This document shows, piece by piece, positions 9,356 through 18,880 of a stretch of DNA of 64,000 bases. Position 1 is the stretch's first letter; each line of letters starts with the position of its first letter. Source of the DNA: Escherichia phage WG01; the sequence record NC_031928.1; one strand, written 5' to 3'. A program made the translations under genes and the position numbers. The notes under the pieces are model-generated. The model saw only the letters and a program-made list of their open reading frames with translations, did not search any database and was not told the origin of the DNA.

Positions 9356-9829
9356 TCATTTAAGCGATTTCCTCAGTTGTTTTTTAAATGAATCGACCAT
9401 TTGTTTCTTAGTGTCAGATTCATTATAAGTCATTCCATGTGAAAGCATTTCAGCAATCATTTCTTCCTTACCTAACCTGCTGAACTCTTTGGTTTTATCA
9501 GGAACGAAATTAGGATGGATATTGTTTTCAGTATAATCAGCTTTCAGATAGACCAGCAAATTCTCTAACCATTCGAGGTAGTCAACGTTTTGACCTTTAA
9601 GACCAGAACGGTTGAACTTATGCTTCATTTGTCCTTCTGCAGCATTACACAGATTACATAGTAAACCACGAACCTTACCGGCTTTTGGCCCGTTCAATTC
9701 ATGGTCGTGGTCAAGGTGGTTACTTTGAACATCAGGGTTTAATTCACGTTTACAAATCAAACACTTACCACATTGTGCATCATAAAGTTTTTGTTTTTCT
9801 TCTTTGTATAATTTGCCGGTCAACAACAT
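9356..9829 (-). CDS. 49: recombination endonuclease VII (Holliday junction resolvase) gp49
   Basis: 157 aa, same length and near-identical to T4 endo VII as recalled (MLLTGKLYKEEKQK...CNLCNAAEGQMKHKFNRSGLKGQ). Confidence 0.95.
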   Translation of the reverse strand: MLLTGKLYKEEKQKLYDAQCGKCLICKRELNPDVQSNHLDHDHELNGPKAGKVRGLLCNLCNAAEGQMKHKFNRSGLKGQNVDYLEWLENLLVYLKADYTENNIHPNFVPDKTKEFSRLGKEEMIAEMLSHGMTYNESDTKKQMVDSFKKQLRKSLK

Positions 9830-9864
9830 AATAAACCCTTACCATTATTAGATAAGGGTATTTA

Positions 9865-10062
9865 TTATTTTTCAAATGTACTATAAAACGAGCGATGCAA
9901 CCGTTTAAATTGACGAATCATCTTTTTAGTAGGACGGGTGTATAACCCTACACAAGTGGCCATAAACTGATCAGTAGGACTTCCTTTAATAAGAAGTTTC
10001 CAGACTTTACCGCCATTTAACTTTTCAGTATAAATCAGTTCAGTTTTCATAGTAAAACCCAT
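9865..10062 (-). CDS. hypothetical protein
   Basis: ORF track start is TTG; ATG candidates at 10062 and 10050 with weak RBS. Confidence 0.3.
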   Translation of the reverse strand: MGFTMKTELIYTEKLNGGKVWKLLIKGSPTDQFMATCVGLYTRPTKKMIRQFKRLHRSFYSTFEK

Positions 10063-10094
10063 ATTCCATATCAATTAAATCATTGTTTGAAGGT

Positions 10095-10127
10095 TCATTA
10101 TACTCTATTTCGGAATCGTTGTAAACG
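10095..10127 (-). promoter_or_regulatory. T4-type early promoter
   Basis: minus strand GTTTACA, 17 nt, TATAAT. Confidence 0.6.
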
Positions 10128-10181
10128 GGTTCCTCTGGCTCGGTAGGTTCTATCGTATCCCACCGAGCGACATACCATGGC

Positions 10182-10490
10182 TTAACGGTCACACCACCAA
10201 CTACTTACTTCAAAATCAGGTTCACCGTGTTCCCAGTACCAAGGACCGACTGGATGCCAATCACCGTGTTCATCTTCTTCAAATTCTTCAGATTCAAGGC
10301 CAACGTATTGCCATTGGACTTCGTAAGCGGTGCCGCCGATTACAACAGTGTTCTCGCCATATGGATGGGCTACAGCAAAGTCTATACCTTCTGCTTTAGC
10401 CAACCAAACCATATATTCGTATAGTTTATATTCCAGGTCATCTTCGGTACCATCACCTAGAAAAATGGTTTGTTCGTTTAATTCAATCAT
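10182..10490 (-). CDS. hypothetical acidic protein (102 aa)
   Basis: ORF track start is TTG; ATG at 10490 overlaps the upstream small ORF stop (ATGA). Confidence 0.35.
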   Translation of the reverse strand: MIELNEQTIFLGDGTEDDLEYKLYEYMVWLAKAEGIDFAVAHPYGENTVVIGGTAYEVQWQYVGLESEEFEEDEHGDWHPVGPWYWEHGEPDFEVSSWWCDR

Positions 10491-10648
10491 TTGAAGTTCC
10501 AGAATGAAGCACCAACCAGAAATAAAGGCCAACAAATCATAGACGTCAACCACCAACAAAAGTCACCTGAATCATCTAATTTAGCTAGGGTCTTAGCATA
10601 ACCAATACCGATGATAAGATACAAAACAACCAACATTAATTCAATCAT
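10487..10648 (-). CDS. small hydrophobic protein (53 aa)
   Basis: ATG overlapping nrdC stop (ATGA); MIELMLVVLYLIIGIGYAK; not in ORF track. Confidence 0.3.
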   Translation of the reverse strand: MIELMLVVLYLIIGIGYAKTLAKLDDSGDFCWWLTSMICWPLFLVGASFWNFK

Positions 10649-10908
10649 TTGAAATACGCTCGCAGTTGGTCAAAGCCACCAATATGACTTCCATCAGGGG
10701 CAAATACTTGCGGCATGGTCAAACCGATTTGAGATTCGCGACCAAGCGCAGCCAGGAGTTGAGCAATCTTCTCATCATCAAATACGCCTTTTTCCGGCAT
10801 CACGTTAATGAATTCGTAAGGTTGTTTCTTAACATCAAGCAGACGTTTGGCATTATCACAGAAAACACAACGGTGAATATTTGAATCATAACCATAAACT
10901 TTAAACAT
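10645..10908 (-). CDS. nrdC: glutaredoxin-like thioredoxin NrdC
   Basis: 87 aa, CVFC active site; near-identical to T4 NrdC as recalled. Confidence 0.9.
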   Translation of the reverse strand: MFKVYGYDSNIHRCVFCDNAKRLLDVKKQPYEFINVMPEKGVFDDEKIAQLLAALGRESQIGLTMPQVFAPDGSHIGGFDQLRAYFK

Positions 10909-10909
10909 T

Positions 10910-11146
10910 TTAAATTCCTAATATTTGTTTGAATGCTTCAGAACGGTCAAGTTCTGTTCCATATTTTTCCATGTGCTCATATTTTAAATTATACACATCA
11001 GATAGTATATTATTATACGAGCGAGTTAAAGCAGATTTCAATACTGAATAACTGTCCGGAAATTTACCATGCTCTTTATAATAAGCTAAAGTAAGTTCGC
11101 GGACTGCCTTATCGGCAGCCTCTACATATTCTTTACGCTTTGCCAT
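10910..11146 (-). CDS. hypothetical protein (78 aa)
   Basis: ATG at 11146 downstream of the overlapping Zn-ribbon ORF. Confidence 0.35.
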   Translation of the reverse strand: MAKRKEYVEAADKAVRELTLAYYKEHGKFPDSYSVLKSALTRSYNNILSDVYNLKYEHMEKYGTELDRSEAFKQILGI

Positions 11147-11444
11147 TTTCTTCTCGCTCAAATTTATGTTTACAATGGCGGCATTTGTAACGAAGATTAC
11201 TAGTCTGCCAATGGACCAATTGAACCTGTTCTGTGCCGCACTTAGGACAGTTAGGAACATTCTTAGAAGCTTGTTCTCGTCGTGCGACCATAGCCATTAC
11301 AGCATCCCAATTAACGGCATCACCATAATCATCACAACCATGAATTTTACCAACCAATTCAACTTCAACATCCGCGGCTTTAATAAATTTCAATAAGCCG
11401 GTATTAGATGCTGAAGCAATATCTTCAGCTAAACGTTGTTTCAT
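11133..11444 (-). CDS. zinc-ribbon protein (103 aa)
   Basis: ATG with GGAG RBS; C-terminal CPKCG...CRHCKHKF. Confidence 0.45.
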   Translation of the reverse strand: MKQRLAEDIASASNTGLLKFIKAADVEVELVGKIHGCDDYGDAVNWDAVMAMVARREQASKNVPNCPKCGTEQVQLVHWQTSNLRYKCRHCKHKFEREENGKA

Positions 11445-12451
11445 TTCAGCAGCTCCAGAGCCTGTTCAAGACGGTCTAAACGATTGGTAGACTCTTCCCA
11501 AAGTTTCTTGGCAGCGGTATATTGTCCAGCCAGTTTTTTGTTGATAGCAAGGGCATCTTTATACGCTTTTTCTAAGGCAACGACTTCTGGTAACTTGGAT
11601 TTAGTAATTGGTGTAGGGGCCATGATAGGGCCGTTCAAGTCGTTAATCAAATCTTCTAATGTAGCAGGCTCTTTATCAGTGTTCACAATTTCCTCACATT
11701 TTTCTTGGTAAATTTCAGCGTCAGTTTTTGGAACGGTACATTTGATTTCACGGACTGTTACTAAGACTTCATATCCTTTCCAGCCTAAGTGGTGTTTAAC
11801 TTCTTGGGTCTCATATTTCTCTACGGTATCCATCAGAGCTAAAGCCTGTTCGATAGTATTCAAGGTATCGTAAGCAATATCTTGATACTTTACAACTTCC
11901 GCATCATCTTTAGGTTTCCTATTAGGCGACCAAATAACAGAAATAATAGCTTTTCCTTTATAACTATTTGTTTTAATCATGCAATTAGCCATCGGGTGAA
12001 TAGTACGACAATCACCGGAAACTATAGTTTTAGAGGCCGCTTTGAGAATTAATGCAGAGTTAGCCTTGAATTCGCTAACCCAACGTTGCGGAAATAAACT
12101 ATTAGGGTCCATACCTTTAATTTTGATATAACCTTTTATGGTATCACCAAACCATTTGTAGCTAACAACACGGTTGGAACCTGGATATTTCTCTTTACCG
12201 AACTCAGAAAGGATGTCCTTATTGACCAGGCGCGAAAGCAGTCGAGAACCTTTAAATGTTTTAATGATATCATGAATGCACAAACGGCCTGCAATCTTTT
12301 CGATTTCAGCTTTGAAACAGCGCGATAATGCATCATCAATTTGGTCGACCCATTTATTGATATTAGAAACTATTACCTCGTATGGGGTTAACGGAGGGGT
12401 GTTGGTAGTGATATACGTAGTAAAGGCATTGATGTATTCAGTACGAGTCAT
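11441..12451 (-). CDS. conserved hypothetical protein (336 aa)
   Basis: ATG at 12451 with GAGGAG RBS; the 13 upstream codons of the ORF-track version lie in the promoter. Confidence 0.5.
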   Translation of the reverse strand: MTRTEYINAFTTYITTNTPPLTPYEVIVSNINKWVDQIDDALSRCFKAEIEKIAGRLCIHDIIKTFKGSRLLSRLVNKDILSEFGKEKYPGSNRVVSYKWFGDTIKGYIKIKGMDPNSLFPQRWVSEFKANSALILKAASKTIVSGDCRTIHPMANCMIKTNSYKGKAIISVIWSPNRKPKDDAEVVKYQDIAYDTLNTIEQALALMDTVEKYETQEVKHHLGWKGYEVLVTVREIKCTVPKTDAEIYQEKCEEIVNTDKEPATLEDLINDLNGPIMAPTPITKSKLPEVVALEKAYKDALAINKKLAGQYTAAKKLWEESTNRLDRLEQALELLK

Positions 12452-12477
12452 GATATTCTCCTCAGTAGATTTAAAAA

Positions 12478-12509
12478 GATTATACTCCATCCGTCCTTGG
12501 ATGTAAACA
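12478..12509 (-). promoter_or_regulatory. T4-type early promoter
   Basis: minus strand GTTTACA, 17 nt, TATAAT. Confidence 0.65.
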
Positions 12510-13403
12510 TTATTTTAGAGCTAATACTGCCGCGCTAAGCTTGTCACGCTGGATTTCCATGTTCTTGATGCGAATCAATACGTCTTGAATACTCTTTTTC
12601 TCATCTTCGATCTGGCCGTTTAAACGGTGGATTGATTCCTGGAGGTGGTCCTCATGATACTTCTCGATAGGTTTCATCGTAGGGTTAGTAACCACCAAAG
12701 AATTCTCGGGTTTAATTTTCCAATGATACGGTTCGGAATTGAATGGGCTTGGTACAGCAGTGGTTTTGAATTTGTCATAGGCCGCATACTGGCCTACACT
12801 GTCACATGATACTGCAGAGATACGACGTTCCATTTGTGGGTCCTTTTGTTGGGATTGATAAGGGGCATAAGACAAAAGATATTCACGAGTTAGTTTAACA
12901 TTAAAATACACTGCATCAGGCCGTCCGGAACAATCAGCATATTCATCGGTTGTAACTTTATATGATTCTACTGCCTTAATACGAGTCATTGCTTCCCTGA
13001 ATAAGGTTTCGAATGCTTCACGAAGAGCCTTATTGCCTTTTGAGGTGGGACGGAAACGAACTTGAATACCGTCAGGCAGAATATTAATGACTAGGTTACG
13101 AGCCGTAAAATTAATATTCTTGATATTGACAGGAACCGTAGAAATACGTCCTGCGGTAGCCAAGAGGTCTTTGATATTAGCTCGCAGTGTTGCACCAAAT
13201 AAATGAGCAGGGCAACGGCAATAATCGTTCAAAGAACTAATATAAGTCCCTTTACGACCTACACCATAAGTATAATTACCATTACAAATATGGCCAAAGT
13301 CTGCCAGCCGATCGATAGCGATACGACGAGTCGTGTCATGGTCATAGATGGAATATTCTTTACGTGTTTTAATGTTCATATCAGAGTCCAAATAATTTTT
13401 CAT
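12510..13403 (-). CDS. hypothetical protein (297 aa)
   Basis: long ORF; start ambiguous (13403 or 13379). Confidence 0.5.
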   Translation of the reverse strand: MKNYLDSDMNIKTRKEYSIYDHDTTRRIAIDRLADFGHICNGNYTYGVGRKGTYISSLNDYCRCPAHLFGATLRANIKDLLATAGRISTVPVNIKNINFTARNLVINILPDGIQVRFRPTSKGNKALREAFETLFREAMTRIKAVESYKVTTDEYADCSGRPDAVYFNVKLTREYLLSYAPYQSQQKDPQMERRISAVSCDSVGQYAAYDKFKTTAVPSPFNSEPYHWKIKPENSLVVTNPTMKPIEKYHEDHLQESIHRLNGQIEDEKKSIQDVLIRIKNMEIQRDKLSAAVLALK

Positions 13404-13596
13404 AGAGTTTAGCGATAGGCCACAGAATTAGCATACATAACCAGGCAAAGCAAAATACTGGCCATACAAATGTAATGAATACCGCATCATAGCTTGATTC
13501 AATTTTAACCGGGTTCCACGCGCCTGTTTTATGCGCAATCAAAGCAGTAATAAATCCTATCACAAGATAAGCAAGAATAAAACCAATAATTTCCAT
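13381..13596 (-). CDS. small membrane protein (71 aa, two TM helices)
   Basis: ATG with AAGGA RBS; two hydrophobic segments. Confidence 0.45.
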   Translation of the reverse strand: MEIIGFILAYLVIGFITALIAHKTGAWNPVKIESSYDAVFITFVWPVFCFAWLCMLILWPIAKLYEKLFGL

Positions 13597-13598
13597 AA

Positions 13599-14441
13599 TT
13601 AATCCTTAAGAAGATTTAGGATATCGATATATTTTTGACGTTCAGCCTTGGCTTTAGCATTCAGACCAGAGAGTCGGAAAATCTCATCATCTTGTTGTTG
13701 AATTGTAACATTCAAGCAAGTAAGCAAATTGCTAAAATACTCAATCTGGGCTTGATGCTTCTCATTGCTGCGCACTGGCACAGGTTCCGGTTTAGGAGCT
13801 TGTTCTGAATGCTCTTCAGCCAGGTCTTTAATTTTATAAAGTTTAATACGCTGACCCACCCCAGTTTCGGCATCACCAAAACTAAGAACACCGTGCTGTT
13901 CTAATTCGGACAAGGCTAATCGGAGATGGAACTTCCAGTTGTCATATTGACAACCACTAAAAGTTGAAATGGTATACTCATTTTCATTTCTGGGGTGGTT
14001 AACAATACTAAAGATAATCCAATCACCTGAACCATTAGTCTTAAAGGTCATTTGTTTATCTTGACCTTTTGCAAGGCGAGCACCTAGTGCTAGTAGACGT
14101 CGTTGGTTGGCATGAAGGTCTTGAACCACTTCGTCAAATGACATCGCCGGGATTAAACGACCATAGAGGTCGTAGCCTTTGTTATAATTTTTAAGAATAA
14201 TTTTGGCATTAGCACGAGACAACATACCTGTTTTACGAAGAGTTTTCATGACCCGGTCTTCTAAGGTAAACGACCTGGTCTTGTCAAAGATTTTAGTGAA
14301 GTCATCTTTAACAGTACAAACGTTGAACTTGTCCCACATCATATATAGAACCTTTTCAACCACTTCTTTAGAACTCGGAATACGACCAAATTTAACAACT
14401 TTTTTAACTTCAGAACGAATTTGATTAATTGCCTGTGACAT
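13599..14441 (-). CDS. hypothetical protein (280 aa)
   Basis: ATG with GAGGA RBS. Confidence 0.5.
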   Translation of the reverse strand: MSQAINQIRSEVKKVVKFGRIPSSKEVVEKVLYMMWDKFNVCTVKDDFTKIFDKTRSFTLEDRVMKTLRKTGMLSRANAKIILKNYNKGYDLYGRLIPAMSFDEVVQDLHANQRRLLALGARLAKGQDKQMTFKTNGSGDWIIFSIVNHPRNENEYTISTFSGCQYDNWKFHLRLALSELEQHGVLSFGDAETGVGQRIKLYKIKDLAEEHSEQAPKPEPVPVRSNEKHQAQIEYFSNLLTCLNVTIQQQDDEIFRLSGLNAKAKAERQKYIDILNLLKD

Positions 14442-14465
14442 AATAATTTCCTCAGTAAGTAATTA

Positions 14466-14500
14466 AGAACCTAGAACCATTATACCATCCTTGGTATAAA
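14466..14500 (-). promoter_or_regulatory. candidate MotA-dependent middle promoter
   Basis: minus strand GCTTTA (MotA-box-like), 12 nt, TATAAT; no GTTTAC -35. Confidence 0.35.
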
Positions 14501-14504
14501 GCGT

Positions 14505-15029
14505 TTATGCGAGAACCGTCTTTAAACGCTCTTCAAATTTCTGAAGCAGAGCTTGGCGTTCAGCTCGTTGTGATTTGTACTGCTCGATACGACCTGAAGT
14601 GAGGGCGTACTGTTCGTTTACTGATTCCCGCATGAATTCAGGAATCTCTTTACAAGCTTTGATTTCGTCAAACTTATCAATAACAGCTTGTTGTTCAGCA
14701 ATCAGATTATCGAAATAAGCGATATCAGATTTAACGTTTGCCAGGTCAGATTCGGTAGGCATTAAACGTTTGTTACGTTCAGCTTGATAAGCTTGATTGG
14801 TTTCACGACTCCAGTGAAGAGTACGTTTTTTGTTAGTGTTTTTATAGAGCTCTACAATACCAACTGAATCGATGACAACAATCCAGTTCCAACGGCTTTT
14901 GTAAATCTCTCCTCCAGATACAGTAATCTCATTACCACAAGCAACGTCGTTAAAGAACTTGCTTTGTTTTTCGGATTTGAAATTACCATTGTTATAATTG
15001 ATGAGTGAAAAAATATCTTTAGCGTTCAT
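14505..15029 (-). CDS. hypothetical protein (174 aa)
   Basis: ORF with coiled-coil C-terminus. Confidence 0.5.
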   Translation of the reverse strand: MNAKDIFSLINYNNGNFKSEKQSKFFNDVACGNEITVSGGEIYKSRWNWIVVIDSVGIVELYKNTNKKRTLHWSRETNQAYQAERNKRLMPTESDLANVKSDIAYFDNLIAEQQAVIDKFDEIKACKEIPEFMRESVNEQYALTSGRIEQYKSQRAERQALLQKFEERLKTVLA

Positions 15030-15043
15030 GTTAACCTCCAGTA

Positions 15044-15081
15044 GTTGATAGGTCTATAGTATCATTTCTACTGGAGATGTA
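15044..15081 (-). promoter_or_regulatory. early promoter cassette
   Basis: GTTTAC -35 and TACTATAGACC -10 region with dyad CAGTAG/CTACTG. Confidence 0.55.
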
Positions 15082-15086
15082 AACAA

Positions 15087-15428
15087 CTAATAGAAACTTT
15101 TTTCACCGGCTTGACCACTAAACCAAGCGGATTGGGTGTTCTCTTTCCGTTGGTGTTCAATACGAATGCGATATTCATTCCTGATGGCGCAGAGTTCATC
15201 TCGGAAGTCGCCTGCCAACTTTACCTGCTTATGGTCTAGATTTATTAAGGCCTGGGTCTTCGCGGCCAAGAGCAGTCTCTTGTAGTCTCCTTCTTCACAA
15301 TCGGTTTTATAAACTCTATTAGTATATCCATCGATAAGTTCTTTATCATAGTCCTCGACGGACTGTTTCATAGCTTTGGAAAAAGTCTGACCTGCGTTAT
15401 AAAGATTGTAAATAAATTGTTCAAACAT
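15087..15428 (-). CDS. hypothetical protein (113 aa)
   Basis: ATG ORF. Confidence 0.45.
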   Translation of the reverse strand: MFEQFIYNLYNAGQTFSKAMKQSVEDYDKELIDGYTNRVYKTDCEEGDYKRLLLAAKTQALINLDHKQVKLAGDFRDELCAIRNEYRIRIEHQRKENTQSAWFSGQAGEKSFY

Positions 15429-15437
15429 AATTCACCC

Positions 15438-16418
15438 TTATTTCAGAAGTGTAACTTCAGCGATTTCGCTCCAGTCATTTTTATCGGTGGCAATGAAGTC
15501 CGCCAGATAAAGAGCTGTACGTAATGATACGTTACGAAGACGAGATACATTAGCCTTCATCCATGCTAAAGCTTGGTAAGTCTCGGCATCAGTCAGACCA
15601 CGGTTTTGCATCATATCAGTGGACAGGATAACGTCTTCAACACGAACCATAATCTCTTCGTTAGAGTGAACTCCGAGGTCTAAGTAAACTGAACGAGATA
15701 CTAAAGCCTGGAGGTGTGGAGCAAGTTTAGTTCCACGCTCTAATTCACGGTCAATATCAACGTTGGTGATGAACACGATGGTGCCTTCATACTCAAATTC
15801 TTTATCGATATTTTTATCATCAAGATAAGAACTTGAAGTGCTCCAGCACACCTTACGTTTTTCACCAGTATCCAATGCTGCTTTTAACAGGTTCAGGATA
15901 TCCATATCAGAGAATACATCAACATCATCAATAAGAAGAACACTATTAGGGCCGCGGTTATTCCAAAGCTGCTCGTAAAGACCGATTCCACTAATCTTTC
16001 CGTTGATTGATTTATATTCGATAGTTTCATTTTCGTGGGCATTCTGTAATGCTTTATCCAAAGAATATGTTTTACCAATACCTGCGGCACCAGAGATTAT
16101 AAGGGAACGAATTTTACCATCGATGATTCCGTTAGTCATCATGTTCATTACTTTAAAACGTTTGTTGATACGGTGTTTCATTTCTTCAGCGGATTCAGTA
16201 ACCATTGCAGGAGCTGGTGCGCCTTCGGTTTCGATATCACATTTGAATACCCATACACCACGTTCAACACCATCAATCTGTACGAATACCTTGCCATCAC
16301 CGAGGTGAGCTTCGGATTCATGAATTTTGTTAGGGAACCAGGTTTTACCTGAACTCATGAACGTACCAGAGATTTCATTACCGCGATAGATACCTTTGTT
16401 GATTTTGATAGTTAACAT
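15438..16418 (-). CDS. P-loop NTPase (326 aa)
   Basis: ATG at 16418 with GGAGA RBS; Walker A GAAGIGKTYS and Walker B VLLIDDVD; upstream ORF-track codons lie in the promoter. Confidence 0.55.
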   Translation of the reverse strand: MLTIKINKGIYRGNEISGTFMSSGKTWFPNKIHESEAHLGDGKVFVQIDGVERGVWVFKCDIETEGAPAPAMVTESAEEMKHRINKRFKVMNMMTNGIIDGKIRSLIISGAAGIGKTYSLDKALQNAHENETIEYKSINGKISGIGLYEQLWNNRGPNSVLLIDDVDVFSDMDILNLLKAALDTGEKRKVCWSTSSSYLDDKNIDKEFEYEGTIVFITNVDIDRELERGTKLAPHLQALVSRSVYLDLGVHSNEEIMVRVEDVILSTDMMQNRGLTDAETYQALAWMKANVSRLRNVSLRTALYLADFIATDKNDWSEIAEVTLLK

Positions 16419-16444
16419 TATATTCTCCATTTCACTCAGTAGAT

Positions 16445-16485
16445 TTGATAGGTCTATAATAACATGTTTAAAGCAGATGTACACA
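16445..16485 (-). promoter_or_regulatory. promoter cassette variant (GTGTACA -35, TGCTTTA box)
   Basis: same dyad core GATAGGTCTATAATAACATG; -35 reads GTGTACA and a MotA-box-like TGCTTTA overlaps it. Confidence 0.45.
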
Positions 16486-16486
16486 C

Positions 16487-16717
16487 TTATTTTGCAATAA
16501 TTTCACAGAAGCCATCTTTATAGCGGGCCCATGTTTCACCATTTACTGTATAAAGAGCAGCTTTACGGCCATTAGGCATAACAACTTGTTTACCTTTGTT
16601 TTTAGTTACTGCTTCAATAATTTCGTATTCTTCAGCACGATCAGCTTTAAAGGTATCTTCCAGAGCGATCAAGTTAGTAGTGTAAGAACCGTATTTGTAA
16701 TTTTTGATAGCGTACAT
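16487..16717 (-). CDS. hypothetical protein (76 aa)
   Basis: ATG ORF between two identical promoter cassettes. Confidence 0.4.
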   Translation of the reverse strand: MYAIKNYKYGSYTTNLIALEDTFKADRAEEYEIIEAVTKNKGKQVVMPNGRKAALYTVNGETWARYKDGFCEIIAK

Positions 16718-16757
16718 TTTTATATCTCCGTTTGGTTTAAGTTTTCAGCTCTTTAGC

Positions 16758-16796
16758 TGATAGGTCTATAATAACATGTTTAAAGCAGATGTACAC
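16758..16796 (-). promoter_or_regulatory. promoter cassette variant (duplicate of 16445..16485)
   Basis: near-identical ~40-bp copy. Confidence 0.45.
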
Positions 16797-16816
16797 TACT
16801 TTTTTGCACTAAACCC

Positions 16817-16838
16817 AAAAAAGGCCCGAAGGCCTTTT
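16817..16838 (-). terminator. rho-independent terminator (bidirectional shape)
   Basis: GGCC-CGAA-GGCC hairpin flanked by A6 and T4. Confidence 0.55.
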
Positions 16839-16839
16839 A

Positions 16840-17850
16840 TCATTTATAATACGAGTTATGGTTTTCTAGGTAAACCTGCTCAACGAACTTGTCCCAGAAC
16901 TTCATGTCTACCTTCTCAGGCATACCGTTCTTGGCCGCCCAGATGGCATTGGTTTCGACTTCATCAACGATAGCTTCAAGTTCGGCCTGTACATCTTTAA
17001 AAGCATGAAGCCCTTGTTTGATTTCAAGGATAAACGGTGCTGTACGTAAAGGATATTGGAGGTCACCTGTTTGATAGATTTCCTTCAACTGGTATCCAGC
17101 ACGATAAGCGTGGCTCAGAGCTTTCCAGTCAATACCTTCGTTAGCTTCAGCTTTACGAGCACGTTCACCATATTCCGCATCAAGCTTATTCAGGGATTGC
17201 TTGAGCTCTGTAATTGATAACGTTGTTTGGTACTTACGTCCGAGAACAGTATAGAACGTTTGCGGACCTGTTTTCTCATGGTTATGGAATACCCATTCAC
17301 AGAACTCATTTTCAGGGAGTCTGTGTTTGATATCTTCTACCTTAGTACGACGAAGTCTATCAGGGATTCCTTCTTGATAATCGACCCACTGTTCAGGAAT
17401 CTGGTTAACAATAGCCAGTACACCACGCAGTGCAGCTAGTCGAGAACCCTTAACACCATATTTAGAAGCTTGCTTACGGACGTACCCTAAATAGGCTTTC
17501 ATGTTAGTCGTATAGAACCGAGAACGATTGTCTTGGATAAATTTCCATACACCAGGTAAATCAGATTTAACCACCAGTTCAGGTGGAGTGTGGAGCATAT
17601 CCAGAGCAACGGTTTCGCCTTCAGCAGCCAGTTTAAAGAAATATTTCAGACTGTAAAGCTCGTGGTCAACATCATCTTTAGTGTTTTTGGAAGCAGTGTT
17701 ATTCGTATTCAGGTTGGTATGGTTCATAGCCGTACCTAACAGAATATCACGCGGATGTGGAACAAAGATTTCTTTAAAATCAACATCAGATTCTGGAGTA
17801 CTTGTTCCATAAAGGTGGCTACCGAAGTAGCCTTTCATAACTGTTCTCAT
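16840..17850 (-). CDS. hypothetical protein with minimal nucleotidyltransferase-like motif
   Basis: 336 aa; N-terminal GYFGSHLYGTSTPESDVDF fits the pol-beta superfamily pattern hG[GS]x(9-13)Dh[DE]h; remainder predicted helical. Confidence 0.45.
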   Translation of the reverse strand: MRTVMKGYFGSHLYGTSTPESDVDFKEIFVPHPRDILLGTAMNHTNLNTNNTASKNTKDDVDHELYSLKYFFKLAAEGETVALDMLHTPPELVVKSDLPGVWKFIQDNRSRFYTTNMKAYLGYVRKQASKYGVKGSRLAALRGVLAIVNQIPEQWVDYQEGIPDRLRRTKVEDIKHRLPENEFCEWVFHNHEKTGPQTFYTVLGRKYQTTLSITELKQSLNKLDAEYGERARKAEANEGIDWKALSHAYRAGYQLKEIYQTGDLQYPLRTAPFILEIKQGLHAFKDVQAELEAIVDEVETNAIWAAKNGMPEKVDMKFWDKFVEQVYLENHNSYYK

Positions 17851-18299
17851 TCTTTGTCCTCGAAGTGGATTACCGGACAGACCTTAGATTTACGAGCTTT
17901 AATGTATTGAATAACGATGTTTTCTTTAGTTTCTCGGCCTTCACGCTCAGCTTGAATACGTTGCCATTCCTTTTCTTCTCTACGGGCATCATACCATGCG
18001 TGTAAATTCATCGCACCGAATGCCAAACCAATGGATAGCGCAATAATAAGAGCTATTGCAACCAATCCTAAAACAAACCCTAGACTCAACAGAACAGGGG
18101 TACTTAATACAAAGAAATGCTCTAATACACCAACACCTGCAACAGTTAATCCAAAAAGCGTACTACCTGCAACAACAGCACAAGCAAAACAAGCCCAAAC
18201 CATTTTCCAGAAGTAAGCACACAAAGAGTGTGGTCGAGAATGACGGTCATAAAAACGGTCATGAAGTTTAGCGTGCCAAGAGTTTGCATTGATAATCAT
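17847..18299 (-). CDS. membrane protein (150 aa)
   Basis: ATG with AAGGA RBS; three or four hydrophobic helices. Confidence 0.45.
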   Translation of the reverse strand: MIINANSWHAKLHDRFYDRHSRPHSLCAYFWKMVWACFACAVVAGSTLFGLTVAGVGVLEHFFVLSTPVLLSLGFVLGLVAIALIIALSIGLAFGAMNLHAWYDARREEKEWQRIQAEREGRETKENIVIQYIKARKSKVCPVIHFEDKE

Positions 18300-18309
18300 A
18301 ATATTTTCC

Positions 18310-18870
18310 TTAAGAGTTCATAGTTGGGATAACAGAGTTCAGATAAGAGACTAAAACTTTTAGTTCGTCTTTAGTAAATACCACTTCACTTTCACCATCG
18401 TGTCTTTGGGTCAAGGATAACAAATCACGGCCCTGATGTTGATACACGGTTAATTCAGTATCATAATTCAGTTCTTCTTCATCACCTTCAAAGGTTTCAC
18501 TAGAACGAATCACGGCATCTTGGCCAGGGACTTTCCATTCAACTTCCGGCTTGCATTCTTCCTGGAACAGTTTGAAAATACAATCAAAGAATTTATCAGA
18601 ATCGCTGATGCTCAGACATTCAATACCATTTTCCAGATTAAACCCGGTTTCATTTTTATAGATATAGGCAAACATATCATCATTGATATCGATAGGAGCA
18701 CTAGCCCGACCGTTAAGATAATCGTGTCTATCTAAAACCATTAAATCATAAAGCGGTTTAATATCAGCGATAGTCAGTACGATTTTATCGTCTTCTTGTG
18801 AAAGCTCAATTGCGTTATTAACTACTTCAGCGGACAGTTCGCCAAACAATTCAGTTGTTTCAATAATCAT
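18310..18870 (-). CDS. hypothetical highly acidic protein (186 aa)
   Basis: ATG with GAGGA RBS; strong D/E excess. Confidence 0.45.
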   Translation of the reverse strand: MIIETTELFGELSAEVVNNAIELSQEDDKIVLTIADIKPLYDLMVLDRHDYLNGRASAPIDINDDMFAYIYKNETGFNLENGIECLSISDSDKFFDCIFKLFQEECKPEVEWKVPGQDAVIRSSETFEGDEEELNYDTELTVYQHQGRDLLSLTQRHDGESEVVFTKDELKVLVSYLNSVIPTMNS

Positions 18871-18880
18871 TTTCTATTCC

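Noticed and set aside
15438-16484. N-terminal extensions in the ORF track (15438..16484, 11441..12490, 23084..23701, 29777..30067, 33878..34546, 35005..35283)
   Set aside because: The extra upstream codons are the in-frame translation of the promoter cassette or use TTG/GTG; a downstream ATG with a good RBS exists in each case, so the shorter CDS was reported.
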